Of a stretch of 64,000 nucleotides of DNA, positions 1 through 12,589 are shown in pieces; position 1 is the stretch's first letter; every line of letters begins with the position of its first letter. The notes under the pieces are model-generated. The model was not told where the DNA came from, searched no databases, and saw only the letters and a list, made by a program, of their open reading frames with translations. The translations under genes were made by a program, and so were the position numbers. The stretch comes from Octopus sinensis (Eukaryota), in NCBI RefSeq assembly GCF_006345805.1, contig NC_043004.1, forward strand, positions 38,068,001 to 38,132,000, given 5' to 3'.

Positions 1-1
1 G

Positions 2-241
2 AGCCCATGGCCAAACTGTTTATCAATGTATGTTGAAAAAGGGTGGTGGTGCGTTGAAGATTTTAACGGTCAGGCAGCGGTCATTCCGGTGGGTGAGAGC
101 ACGGGGTGGTAGATGTTCTTGACAAAGAACATTAAGCACCCCGTGCTCTCACCCACGGAATGACCGCTGCCGACCCGTTAAAATCTTCAACGCACCCACC
201 ACCCGTTTTCAACATACATGATAAACAGTTGGCCATGGGCT
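2..241. repeat. ~120-bp-arm imperfect inverted repeat (hairpin) centred near 122
   Basis: 2-120 is the reverse complement of ~124-241 (agcccatggccaa(a)ctgtttatca...gttctt / aagaac...tgataaacagttggccatgggct); differences mostly 1-bp indels. Confidence 0.9.
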
Positions 242-618
242 TAGGAGCCTCGTTCGATTTGTTTTTGCTCCGCCTCTGTTCTGTTTTTGCTTTTTCCAAA
301 CGGATTTCCTATTTCTTCCTGAAGAGAAAGACACAATATGGTTCCTTATTCAATCGGGATTTGGTAAATTGTGCCTTTCGAAACAGTGTAGAATGCAATA
401 TAAACGATTTGTTCAATCTTCGTTCAACTCCATTTCTTCAATTCACTAATAATATTAAATTCAATTATCCGCACCAACGCACGGTTGCAACACCATTGGT
501 TGTACCTCCAACCGTGTGTCTTCTGCTGTGTTTTGCTACCAAGGATCGGTTTAAACTTTGATTAATCGCAACAAGATTATTCATCTTCTATTTCAAAAAA
601 AATATATATTATATATAT

Positions 619-735
619 GGCCTGCTCACTTAGCCAGCGGGGCGGCGTCATTTGAAGGCTAAACAATGCGAAGCGCATTGTGACCAGCGATGTGTAGCAA
701 CATCTGATAGCCTGGGCGGTCACGATGATCACGAT
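619..735 (+). mobile_element. SINE family B, 3' fragment
   Basis: Matches 3' part of 3588-3900 (ggcctgctc.cttagccagcggg...catttgaag...gtgaccagcgatgtgta). Confidence 0.75.
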
Positions 736-736
736 G

Positions 737-800
<64 letters not shown>

Positions 801-803
<3 letters not shown>

Positions 804-950
804 GACGGGCTTCTTTCAGTTTCCGTCTACCAAATCTACTCACAAAGCCCGATGCTACAGTAGAAGACACTTGCCCAAGGTGCCACGCAGTGGGACTGAA
901 CACGGGACCATGTGGTTGGTAAGCAAGCTACTTACCACGCAGCCACTCAG
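801..950 (-). mobile_element. SINE family A, 5' part
   Basis: Reverse complement of the head of 56664-57041 (gtggctg.gtggtaagtagcttgctt...ggttcagtcccactgcgtggcaccttgggcaagtgtcttc). Confidence 0.8.
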
Positions 951-1864
951 TATAACTTAAGAAAAAAAAATCAAGCCACATTTAATTTACAAAAATTTTC
1001 TTCTTTTATTTTTTTTTTGTTATATGTGGACATCATAATTTCCTATTTATCCTCTGCAAAGAATGTGGAAGATGCATATCTAAGTAAAAAAAACAAAAAA
1101 ACAAAAAAAAAAAACAATGTATGATTGTCAAATTCTATGTATTTGTACGTGTGCAAAGAAGTGTAGAGTGGAAGTTGAACAAGTTTCCGGTGAGCTGATT
1201 TAGCTATAAGGTTTCAATGCCTGGTTCTGGTGATCATACATTGCTTACATCTATTTCTGTAGTGTTCATAATAAAGCAACCAACTTTAACACTGCCATCT
1301 CTCTTCTTTCCTATAAATCTGAAACTCGTTATCCACATAGAACAATCAATACATATACAATATACATGTGAATGTAAATGTTATGGGTTTATTATATTGT
1401 TATACCATTGCATCAAAATCAATATGTATATCGGTATAAAATCTTATTCGTTATTTGTTGCTTAAGTTTATTTAACACAGGGTTTTATCGTTGTTTTTTT
1501 TTTTTTATATTACAGAATCTGTTGGGATTTTCTCTATTCATAGCGTCACATTTATGATTTAAGCCTTAAATATATTTCCGATTCCCGCTAATTCTTGCGG
1601 TTAATTTGTCGGGAATATTAAGGATACTTCCTGAGATCATCTCGTCGTTTTTTCCGGTGTAAGGAGCCTAGAAGAAGAGTTCTCGTGAGTTATGGTTTTC
1701 TTCTATTAGATGGTATTCAAACTTCACAATCTATTATAAATATTGCCTTTATGTTGCGAATCCCGCTCGTTTACACGTACACACACACACATACACAAAC
1801 ACACACACGCACGCACACACACACACACACACACACACCACACACATACACACACATGTATGTA

Positions 1865-2095
1865 TGGCGCGTCGCTTAGTGGTTAAGGCATTTGGCGTAC
1901 GATCGCAATGTCGTGAGTTCAATTCCCGGCGACGCGTTGTGTCCTGGAGCAAGACACTTTATTTCACGTTACTCCAATCCTGTCATCTGGCAAAAATGAG
2001 TAGTACCTGTATTTCAAAGGGCCAGCCTTGTCACATTCTGTGTGACGCTGAATCTCCCTGAGAACTACGTTAAAGATATAAGTGTCTGTGGAATG
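1865..2095 (+). mobile_element. tRNA-derived SINE family C
   Basis: A-box-like cttagtggttaagg, B-box gagttcaattcc, then ttgtgtcc.gagcaagacactt body; related copies at 5563 and 15788. Confidence 0.8.
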
Positions 2096-2384
2096 CCGTA
2101 TGCATATTGCCTGTGCAAGTCGCAAATCTAGACATTATTGTTCTATTGTCCTGATTTGTGACTTGTATAAGTTATGTGCTCTAAGCCCGAAGATTGCTTG
2201 GAGACACTAGGCTTGTGTTAAAACCTGCCTAAATAATATCTTCAACGTATGAAACTATTAGGATACTATTATAACTGTATCCTGTGTACATTAAACAATA
2301 TTTATCTCTCACCGGATGGAGAACTTTTTTGTTGATCTTACCTTAACGGAAAAGAACCTCTCTCTGTCTCTCTCTGTCTGTCTC

Positions 2385-2468
<84 letters not shown>

Positions 2469-2494
2469 CGTATTATTTCTTACATGTTCAAGCC

Positions 2495-2690
2495 ATTATT
2501 TTTTACATGTTCAAGCCATTGAACTGCAGCTATTCTGGAGCGCCATCTCGAGCGGTTTAGTCAAAAAGATCGACCTCAATAATTTTTTAAAATCTGGTGC
2601 TTATTCTTTCCTTCTCTCGCATCGAACCGCTAAGTTACGGGGGGAATAACAAAGCCAACACTAGTTGTTAATCGGTGTAGACAAAAACAA
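2495..2690 (-). mobile_element. SINE family A, diverged 3' half
   Basis: Similar to 3' half of family A (catt.gactgc.gc...tggagc.cc...tagtc...atcgacc...gaaccgctaagttacgggg). Confidence 0.6.
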
Positions 2691-2932
2691 CCATAAACTC
2701 AAGCACAGACACAGATATACACACATACAAACGCTCGAACACACACGCACGCACGCACACAGACACACACACGAACACACACTTACACACACATACACAA
2801 ACATTTATATACACATACATATATATAATATATATAGGTATATATACATACATACAAACATACATACAAACGCACATACATACATACATTTATACATACA
2901 TACATACATACATACATACATACATACATACA

Positions 2933-2964
<32 letters not shown>

Positions 2965-3587
2965 ATGGGCCTCCGGCTACTAAATTCAGTTACAAGGCAT
3001 TAGTTAGCCCGTGGCTATATATATTCACTAGGTACAGCACCTTTTACTGTATGAGATAGAATTCTAAACACTGAAAACCCTTTCTGTATATGTACGACAT
3101 TAAGTTTAGTTTTCTAGCATACCTGTTTTTCAACTGGTCACTTGCTTGTGAACTGAATAATCTAATGTATCGGCTACAATTTGAATCCAGTATGATAGTG
3201 TCTTATTTTGAAGGAAATACTACAAACATATAATAAGTTCACTAGACGTTCAGCGTACGGTAATTATCAGTAAATTCATTTTCATCCAGTTTCATTGGCT
3301 ATTGAAACTTTCTTGCTTATGTTACATTGCTGGCATACATATATATAATACAATTATTTCAAGCGAATGTCTGAAACGCATCAGGTTTTGCTTTAGCTTG
3401 GAACTTATGCTTCGTTCTTAAAGAATACTGTTTTATTAGAGGTGGTCTTGTTTAGAATGACTGGGGTTGGTGTAGTAACTGTCGTACTTGTGTTATTCTT
3501 TAGGCCAACAGTCATCTCTGTAAAAGCAGTCCTCTGAACAAAGGTATTCCAACTATAAGGTATTATGTATTTTAGAAGCATATATTG

Positions 3588-3900
3588 TGGAGACGCAATG
3601 GCCCAGTGGTTAGGGCAGCGGACTCGCGGTCGTAAGAACGCGGTTTCGATTTCCAGGTCGGGCGTGGTGAGTGTTTATTGAGCGAAAACACCTAAACCCC
3701 CACGAGGCTCCGGCAGGGGTGGTGGTGGCGATCCCTACTGTACTCTTTCGCCACATCTTTCTCTCACTCTTTCTTCTGTTGGCCTGCTCGCTTAGCCAGC
3801 GGGATGGCGTCATTTGAAGAGTAAAACAATGCGAAGTGCATTGTGACCAGCGATGTGTATCGACATCTGATAGTCTGGTCGGTCACGTGATCATGTGATA
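3588..3900 (+). mobile_element. tRNA-derived SINE family B, near full length
   Basis: A box tggcccagtggttagg, B box ggtttcgatttcc; near-identical reverse copy at 58791-59080; tail cacgtgatc. Confidence 0.85.
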
Positions 3901-4621
3901 TCACTATATTATTTCATGTCCATAAATAAACGGCAAGTATATTCTGAGGGAGATTTGGCTGCCGGTGTTAACGCATCGAGCGACTTGAAAGAGGCTCTGT
4001 TGTTCATTTGTTTTACAGCGTACCACTATATGGAAATGTAAGAATTCGAGACTAAGCTTGAACAGTGTTGTGGAATGTAGTAGCATAATATATTCTTACA
4101 GTGTTGCCATTATAACGAAGAAAGAAGTTGTGTTCACTCTCACAACTTATGTAACTAAAGACAATAACAGCACCTTGTAAAGATTAAGGATGGTCGACAA
4201 GAAGAAATTTGCTATCAAAAATATACAGAAAACAAACAATAATAAATTAATGAAATGACCATTATTTTAATGCTCTTTCAGCGTCATAAGCATATCACCA
4301 TAACTCACAGGATGAATGTAAACACATGTAATTATGAAGATAAATCGAACGCAGTCGTGAAGCAAAAAGAAAAGAAACAAAGAAACGAAAAAACCTTTTA
4401 CAGACCAAAAATCTGTTACTTATATAATGTTTGTTGTAATCCTAGTAAAATGAATTAATACAATAGGTGTGTGTGTGTGAGCGTGTGCATGTGTGTGTAA
4501 GTTTGTATATATATACATATATATTTACATATATTATATATATATATACGCATATACATATGTCTATATGAATGTAAATATATATATGCATACATACTAC
4601 ATATATGTATGTGTGTGTATG

Positions 4622-4664
<43 letters not shown>

Positions 4665-5080
4665 TATATATATATAGGTATGTAAGCGGGTATGAATACA
4701 CGCACGTACACACGGACACAACGTATTCTTAGTCTGATAAAAGAAAAGACAAAATCTTGTTTTTCAAAGAATATCAGAATGAAAAGCAAAGAAGCAGATA
4801 AGAAAACATTTTAAACCAAAGCGATATCTTCTCCAACACAAAAATACTATAATGTGCTTTAAATGTTTGACTATTCAACCAGAAAATGGCTACATTTAAC
4901 AACATAAAGTGTTTCTATTTATTCTTCTTTCCTTCTTTTAAAGGTTTTCTTTTCTAGTTTGAATTTGCTTTAGAAATTCTTCATAAACTTTGTACCGTAT
5001 TTAGTAATAAAATCCTCTGGCGGTTTTTCTTTCGTATCACGCATAGGGAAAATAAGTGAGTTATGCATGTGTGTGTGCGT

Positions 5081-5165
<85 letters not shown>

Positions 5166-5423
5166 CATGCACACACGTGCATACAAACAGGCAGACACGT
5201 CCGAATGGAAACACATTCGTACACACACACACACACATATTTATATCGTGAGATACCCCGAGAGAGAAACCCAGGCAGATAGATATACAAACAGATAGAT
5301 CGTGAGATAGATGTGCAACCTTAAAAATTTTTTCTAGCAAAAATGCTTTTTCATCCCAATATTTACATGGTGTAATATACAGTTTCATATGTAGTTCGAG
5401 ATCCAATCCCCAAAACGAATTTA

Positions 5424-5468
<45 letters not shown>

Positions 5469-5562
5469 TGAGTGTGTTTGTGAGTTGTGTGGCTATCTTC
5501 CGATTGGCTTCCTTTACTTGTATCGATTTGGTGTGTGTATGTGTATGTGTGTGTGTATTACG

Positions 5563-5800
5563 CACATATACGTCGATCAGCAGTTAGGGTATTCGACCCA
5601 TGATCGTAAGGTCGGGAGTTCAATTCCCAACGTCGTGTTGTGTCTTTGAGCAAGACACTTTGTTTCACGTTGTTCCAGTCCGCCCAAAGGGCAAAAATAA
5701 GTTGCACCTCTAATTAAAAGGGACAGCCTGGTCACATTCTGTATCACGCTGAATCTCACCGAGAACTACATTAAGGGTATAAATATCTGTAGAGTGCTCA
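5563..5800 (+). mobile_element. SINE family C
   Basis: gggagttcaattccc B box plus ttgtgtctttgagcaagacactt and cacattctgtatcacgctgaatctc as at 1865. Confidence 0.75.
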
Positions 5801-5849
5801 TACATACATACATACATACATACATACATACATACATACATACATACAT

Positions 5850-6058
5850 AACGGGACAGTTTACGAAAATAAACATAAGACGAAGGCAGGTGGAGTACAA
5901 ACAAACAAATGTATTAGTATAGCGCTCAGGAACAGAAATAGAAAAAGTCTTTTACGTTTCGAGCCTACGCTCTTCGACAGAAACATACACAGAAAAAAAC
6001 AAGGAGAGAAACAAGGAGAGAAAAAATGCGTGTAGGAGCTAACGATCTATCATGGCGT
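5850..6058 (-). mobile_element. Penelope-like short repeat (family P1) with hammerhead-like motif at 5949-5983
   Basis: Reverse complement of 6523-6715; related copies at 31165 and 50975; motif tttCTGTCGAAGAGCGTAGGCTCGAAACGTAaaag. Confidence 0.7.
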
Positions 6059-6512
6059 CCTGACCACAAATTCTGCTGCATCTGTTTTCATTCGTAATTC
6101 CTCGCTCAGAATTCGTTGGCAGGAGTTCCAGGACACACCAGTCATATCAACAAGTTCATCAAATGTTCGCTGGCGGTCCTCCAATATCAGTTCATGAATT
6201 TTCTCGATGTTTTCATTCGTTCGGGAGATCGACAGTCGCCCTGAACGAGGTTGGTTCTCAAGCGACAAGTGTCAATTTCTAAAGCATGGAAACCACCCGT
6301 AAATATGTGTTTTGCTCATGGCAGCGTCCTTGTAAGCTGTTTGAAGCATTACAACAGCGTGGTGTGCGTGTGTGTATATATCTCTTCTGCCCATGGATTA
6401 TACTGGACTCCTGTTGATGAAAAATCGCTCCAATACACCAAGAAGCTTTTGAAACTTTTGAACTTTTCATAACTTTTTTATAATTTCTAAACTTTTTTTG
6501 TACACCCCTCTG
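6055..6512 (-). mobile_element. Truncated mariner (Tc1/mariner) element: one TIR plus N-terminal HTH of transposase, decayed
   Basis: TIR-like agaggggtgtacaaaaaaagttt at ~6490-6512; translation VVMLQTAYKDAAMSKTHIYGWF...SLENQPRSGRLSISRTNENIEKIHELILEDRQRTFDELVDMTGVSWNSCQRILSEELRMKTDAAEFV matches the mariner DEPRSGRP/HTH pattern. Confidence 0.85.
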
Positions 6513-6522
6513 TCCGGCATTC

Positions 6523-6715
6523 GTCATGATAGATGGCTAGCCACTACACATTCTTTATTTTCTCTCCTTGTTTCCTTCTGTGTTCCTTTCTGTGGAATAG
6601 CGTAGGCTCGAAACGTTAAAAACTTTTTTCACTTCCCGAGCATTAAACTAATACATCTGTTTGTTGTTTTACACCACCTGTCTTCGTCTTTTGTTTATTT
6701 GTGAATTCTCCCTAC
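6523..6715 (+). mobile_element. Penelope-like short repeat (family P1)
   Basis: atgatagatggctagccactacac...ctttctgtggaatagcgtaggctcgaaacgttaaaaac...ctaatacatctgtttg...caccacctgtcttcgtc. Confidence 0.7.
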
Positions 6716-6722
6716 ACACACA

Positions 6723-6754
<32 letters not shown>

Positions 6755-6813
6755 TATTATATATAATATATATATATACTTTATTTAAAAGCAGCAGAGA
6801 AATTCAGCAAAAC

Positions 6814-6851
6814 CTGTTACTCGGAGTTTCACGTTCCCGTTCGTCGGACAG
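6814..6851 (-). ncRNA. Minimal type-I hammerhead ribozyme motif (family P2)
   Basis: Minus strand CUGU-CCGACGA-ACG(GGAA)CGU-GAAA-CUC(C)GAG-UA-ACAG: stems I, II and III all pair; GUA cleavage triplet; U4C core variant. Confidence 0.7.
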
Positions 6852-6892
6852 TTTTTGTTTAAAAAAAATATATATATGTACACACGCGTACG

Positions 6893-6964
<72 letters not shown>

Positions 6965-7625
6965 ACACACACACACACACACACTTATTGGGCTATCACA
7001 TAAATAATGCGGGTTTTTCAAATGCATGAAATATAAGTCGGAGGAGGCCGGATAAATTACCTGCATCAACTTGTTATAACAGCAGGTAGTAGTAATTTTT
7101 ACCTTGTACTTATTCTTAGTGAAAGGTATGAAGAGTTCATGTCGATTTTAACAATTTTTTTTTCGTTCTGTAACGTTATTTCTTCAGGAATGCATTACAT
7201 AATAGAATCTCTCTCATTAAAGTGCGCTTATGACGACTGCTACTCTTTTATCGATCTAGGAATGAATGAATGATTGATTACGGATACAATTCGAATGCTG
7301 AAAGTAAAGAACGTAGGTTCCATGTATTTATATTGTCTGAAGTTCTACCCATTATCCCATTGGGTTGCTTTGTTATATTTATTGCTTTTTTTTTCTATAT
7401 TTTTAATATTTGCCACTTACTTTTGCTTTCTCTGTCTCTCTCTCTTTAAAACGGCCAAATGCACTTAAACATGTCAAGTTAGTTTGTATGACTCGGCACG
7501 AATGGTGTCGAGTCATCGACTCCAATGGCAGCGAGTTCATCATTTTACAATCGTAGACTCGTATATCTGGTGTTAATTCACGATACAAATATATTCACAA
7601 CACTCGATTACACATGCCTGAACAC

Positions 7626-7658
<33 letters not shown>

Positions 7659-7768
7659 CGCATAGATACACGCACACATACAAACACGCACACACACATT
7701 CACATGCACTTGTATGCATATATGTATATGTGTATTGCATATGTGTGTATGTATGTGTGAGTATATAT

Positions 7769-7821
<53 letters not shown>

Positions 7822-7847
7822 CATATATACATATATAATTATATATA

Positions 7848-7902
<55 letters not shown>

Positions 7903-8064
7903 GTATATATATATATAATAGATTATATATATAATTACATATATATATATAACAATACATATATATAATATATATATATATAGTATACATACATATATAT
8001 AACATGTATATATATATACATATATAATAATATACACACACACACATCACACACACACACACAC

Positions 8065-8095
<31 letters not shown>

Positions 8096-8589
8096 TATAT
8101 TATATATATTATATGTATGTATAGTGAGAGGAGAGGAAGAAAGAGAGATAGTGAGGGTGAAATGAAAGAATTGATGATGAAAGATAGATAGAAAGAAAGA
8201 AATGTATATTATTGCCGAGAAAAGCGCAATGTAATCAGAGCGTACAAAACAGTGCGTTGGTGAAAGTAAGACCAATACCAAGAATTTGATATCACACGCA
8301 TCGTGACCAGCTCTCAACTCAGTTCCCTGTTTCAGCTCGTATTCAACAGACCACGGTAAAGTGTTACCCGAACACGAAGCTTTACCCTTCTCTAAGCTTC
8401 ACTGGTGTACGTATCATGGATGATACTTGAGCTGTTATAAATGACCCGTGCATTACAATTTCCCACGCCACCGCCAAGAGCATTTAACCATGTATTTATA
8501 TATATATTTTTTTCTTTTACAAAAGAACAGATTATTATATTTTATTATATACACCCGTATTGTCGTTGTTTATTATCACTGCTTTCTTT

Positions 8590-8653
8590 GTAACTGCTGC
8601 TGCTGCTGCTACTACTACTACTACTACTACTATACTACTACTACTACTACTAT

Positions 8654-8692
<39 letters not shown>

Positions 8693-9021
8693 GCCACTAC
8701 TATGGTATCTTTTATCGACTTTGTAGGTGTTTAAATCACAATATTACGTTTCGATGTATGTATACTCTTTTTACTTGTTTAAGTCATTTGACTGCGGCCA
8801 TGCTGGAGCACCGCCTTTAGTCGAGCAAATCTATCCCACGACTAATTCTTTGAAACCGGGAAACCGGGCCCATGAGCCTGGCTAGGCTTGAAAAGGGCGC
8901 ACAAACAATTCTTAAAGTATAAACTATTATTAAAATATACGTGTTATAAATAGCAATATGCATCATGTTATATATTTTATTCTGCTGTTGTTTTGTTTTT
9001 ACTACTACTACTACTCCTCCT

Positions 9022-9069
<48 letters not shown>

Positions 9070-9100
9070 GAGTGATGAGGATGATGGCGACGACGACGAT
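8590..9100. repeat. Compound (CTG)/(CTA) trinucleotide microsatellites flanking SINE fragments (A 3' end ~8765-8850; C tail ~8852-8900)
   Basis: Direct inspection; 8852-8900 matches 15985-16032. Confidence 0.75.
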
Positions 9101-9174
9101 GGAAGCTTTCCTTATTCCACCTAAGCAAGAGTTGAAACTATGAAAATGGAGGAAATTTAGCATAATATATCATC

Positions 9175-9450
9175 TTAAAACCAGAAGACGCGCTCGGTTC
9201 CAGCATCTTTTAGTCCCATAAGTTGCAGCTTGGGAATTGTGCCAAGTGCACCATTTACCACAAGAACAATTGTCACTTATGTCGTTCGTAATCTCTTCAG
9301 CTCTTACTGTTCCAGTGACCTTTTAGATGTCTCTGGGCGCAGGCAAAATTCTTCTTTCACTACTCACTACATAGTTTTTTTCAAAACTAATATCGCTGTA
9401 CTGATGGTGTCATCTGCGCTTAAGAAACCACTATTTTCTTCCTTTCTTGG
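9175..9450 (-). mobile_element. Decayed R4/Dong-like (REL endonuclease) LINE C-terminal fragment
   Basis: Minus translation ELKRLRTT*VTIVLVVNGALGTIPK...GTERVF resembles recalled EIKRLW..VTVVPIVIGALGTVPK...GTARIL; in-frame stops. Confidence 0.55.
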
Positions 9451-9691
9451 TAAGTGAAATTTGTCGATGCACTAGGCATTGTGAATCGCTTCCATGTTCT
9501 ATATATTTCCTGTGTTTCCGTCTTGGTCCACTTTAGAGAAGCAGATTATTTCAACATTAACAAAATGGGTTGTAGACCCATTTGGGACAAGTGTAACTGA
9601 TGTTTATGTCAGACTAGAAGAAAGCTTTGTTGAATAGCAAAGCTTTCTTGTAATAAAAAAACACAAGGTAAATTTATTCATGGGATCAATA

Positions 9692-10071
9692 ACTTACTCA
9701 TTTACTTGACTGTGGCCATGCTGGATCGCCGCCTTTAGTCGAGGAAATCGACCCCAGGACTTATTCTTTGTAAGCCTAGTACTTATTCTATCGGTTTCTT
9801 TTGCCGAACTGCTAAGTTACGGGGACGTAAACACACCAGCATCGGTTGTCAAGCGATGTTGGTGGGGACAAACACAGCACACAAACATACACATATATAC
9901 ATATATACGACGGGCTTCTTTCAGTTTCCGTCTACTAAATCCACTCACAAGGCTTTGGTCGGCCCGAGGCTACAGTAGAAGACACTTGCCCAAGGTGCCA
10001 CGCAGTGGGACTGAACCCGGAACCATGTGGTTCGCAAGCAAGCTACTTACCACACAGCCACTTCTACGCCT
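9692..10071 (-). mobile_element. SINE family A, full length
   Basis: Colinear reverse complement of 56664-57041, including internal (CA/TA) stretch. Confidence 0.9.
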
Positions 10072-10997
10072 ATATATACTTATGAACAAGTAGAGAAATT
10101 GCTATAGCAGGAATGAAAAGGACATTTCATTGCGCTTCCTACTTTTTACCTACTTGAATCAGGTTTTAGCCGAGTGCCTTTCTAACTATCAAAATCTCAC
10201 GATCGCTTAAAAATTGTACCTAGAGGGGATCTTCATTTGTTTCTAACACTCATGGACCCCGAAACTGAAAAACTTCGGAAACTACATGAGCACGAGGATC
10301 TCGCAGAATTAACACAATTAAAAGATAACCTGATTCTTATATATTTAAATTTTGCAAAAGGATTTTATTTTTATGTTTAAAAAATAACCATTTTTTAAAG
10401 AAGCTATTAATTTTCTGGTTGTCAATAGAAGTTTTTGTTATGCATGTTATATCAGAAAAATAACGTATGATTATAAATGGTTGTTTTGTTGAACCCACAA
10501 AATATTGTTTTAGTAGAATATAATAATAGAGAATAAATGTGCAATAAATAGACACTGATATTTCTTTTGGAGTTAATGATAGAAAACCGGCCTTCTTTGA
10601 ATAAAATTTTGTAAAATATTTATTATTTTATTAAATTTTGTTCAAAAAGCGTTTTCATTACAATTTATCAATTTTTAAATATTCATAGAAATAAAGTACA
10701 TGATGAAATTCATTAAAATCAATTTTTAAAATTCCGTTATTCTTTTAAAATTTTATTTTAATTAAAGGTTTTTAATTTTTTTCAAAATTGACTTATTTCT
10801 ACTACTAGCCATTTATCATAAAATTGAAGCAATTTTTGAACCAACAATATCTAGAACAAGTAGATATTGGCCACAAAATTAACGATTCCAAGGGAAGGAG
10901 ACCTACTTTTCCATGGTACATATTAGCAGCGAGACGACATACTGTTAACACATCAGTGATTTTATATATAGTAAATAATACATACATATATATATGC

Positions 10998-11054
<57 letters not shown>

Positions 11055-11070
11055 TATATATATGCATATA

Positions 11071-11280
11071 TGAGTACAGGACATCACCAACGGTTCAAAC
11101 AACGGGTTAAATACGGTTTTAAATACAGGTTAAATACATAAACGAGAGAAAATGGAGAACAGGACAAGTAAACACAGAGAAAGGACCCTTCATCAGTTGT
11201 TGGCTGTCTATCTACTCATTTCGAGTATTCAACGACAATATGAGTCTTCAAAGACAGTTGCCCCCATAAATTCTAGAATA
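11071..11280 (-). mobile_element. Penelope-like short repeat (family P3), left member of inverted pair
   Basis: Reverse complement of 11759-11940 (caactgt.tttgaagactcatattgtcgttgaat..tcgaaatgagtagatagacagc); carries CTGATGAAGGG half-core on minus strand (11186-11196). Confidence 0.55.
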
Positions 11281-11758
11281 AAATTTTGGATTTATGGAGG
11301 GTCAAAGTTGGGAACAAAAGCATGACGGTGGAGACATACGAGGAAACCGAACGAAAACCAAAATAGAGGGTCGTTAGACCATAACTAAAGGAAAACGCTG
11401 TGATAAATATTTTTTTGAAAAGAGAAACTATAGAGGAGGGAGAAAAAACGTCCGCTCTTTTGAACGTCCGTGCAGGAAAAGAAAGATGGTCACATGAGGA
11501 AAATAAAGATGGATGATGGTCACGTGTGAGCAATGAGAGAGAGAGAGAGAGAGAGAGAGAAAGTGAAAGAGGAGAAGAGAGAGGGTGAGAAAGAGAAAGA
11601 AGGGAAGAGAGAGAGGGAGACAGGTAGAAAACGGTGAAGGGAGGAGAGGGAGAAAAAGAGGAAGGTTGGAGGATGAAAACAGTATAGAGAAGAAAGTCAA
11701 AGAGGTGAAGATAAACGTACTTGGAAATGGGTGCGTGGCGTTCAATTGCATAATATAT

Positions 11759-11940
11759 TTTAGAAGTTATGGGTGCAACTGTATTTGAAGACTCATATTG
11801 TCGTTGAATGTTCGAAATGAGTAGATAGACAGCTGTGTTTACTTGTCCTGATCTTAATTTTTTCTCCTTTATTTACGAATTTCATGTTGTTTGAACCGTT
11901 GGTGATGTTCGGCACCGTTTTTTGACATCCTGTACCCATA
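11759..11940 (+). mobile_element. Penelope-like short repeat (family P3), right member of inverted pair
   Basis: See 11071-11280. Confidence 0.55.
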
Positions 11941-12589
11941 TATTCATATATATATACATATATATATGTAGGCATATACATGTATGTGGTGTATATATAC
12001 ATACATATATATATATATATATTATATATATATATCGCGGAGTGGATGAAACAGGGAAAACGGAAGGCATGTTTTTTTATGTTGATAATCTCGTTTCTGT
12101 TTTTCGTTTCGTTGTTCGAAAAAAGTTCGTTTTCTATGTTTTTGCTTTTATGTTTTCGTTTCTCATTGTGTTCAACGTTTTTTTTTGTTCTGTACCCATA
12201 TATGCATGTATATATATACACATATATGTAGGTATGTGCATACATGCATGTATATATGCATATATTTATATATTATATTATATTATATTATGTTATATAT
12301 ATATATACTATTTATTATTTAATTGGTACGGCACGCATCTATTTCCAAGTAATTTTATATAAATTGTTCTACACACACACACCACACACACACACATACT
12401 GATATATTAACGTATACACACTACATGTGTGTGGTGGGTGTATGTATGTATGTATGTTTATACATATTTTGGCACAAAGAGTTACTTAAACGAGAAGGAA
12501 GAGAATCAGAAATTAAAAACATATTCTTTCTATTAATTGTAAGTTCTGAATTGAGTTTTAAGCTTGTGCAATTTGTTGTTAGACGGGCA

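Noticed and set aside
160-561. 133-aa plus-strand ORF, and a minus-strand acceptor-like site (ttttctcttcag) near 320
   Set aside because: No recognisable domain; frames after the acceptor stop early and do not match the expected PRDM1 continuation.
1250-1325. Minus-strand 'IYRKEER' after an AG, resembling the start of a later PRDM1 exon (IYS..E)
   Set aside because: In-frame stop after 10 codons and no NWMRYVN motif.
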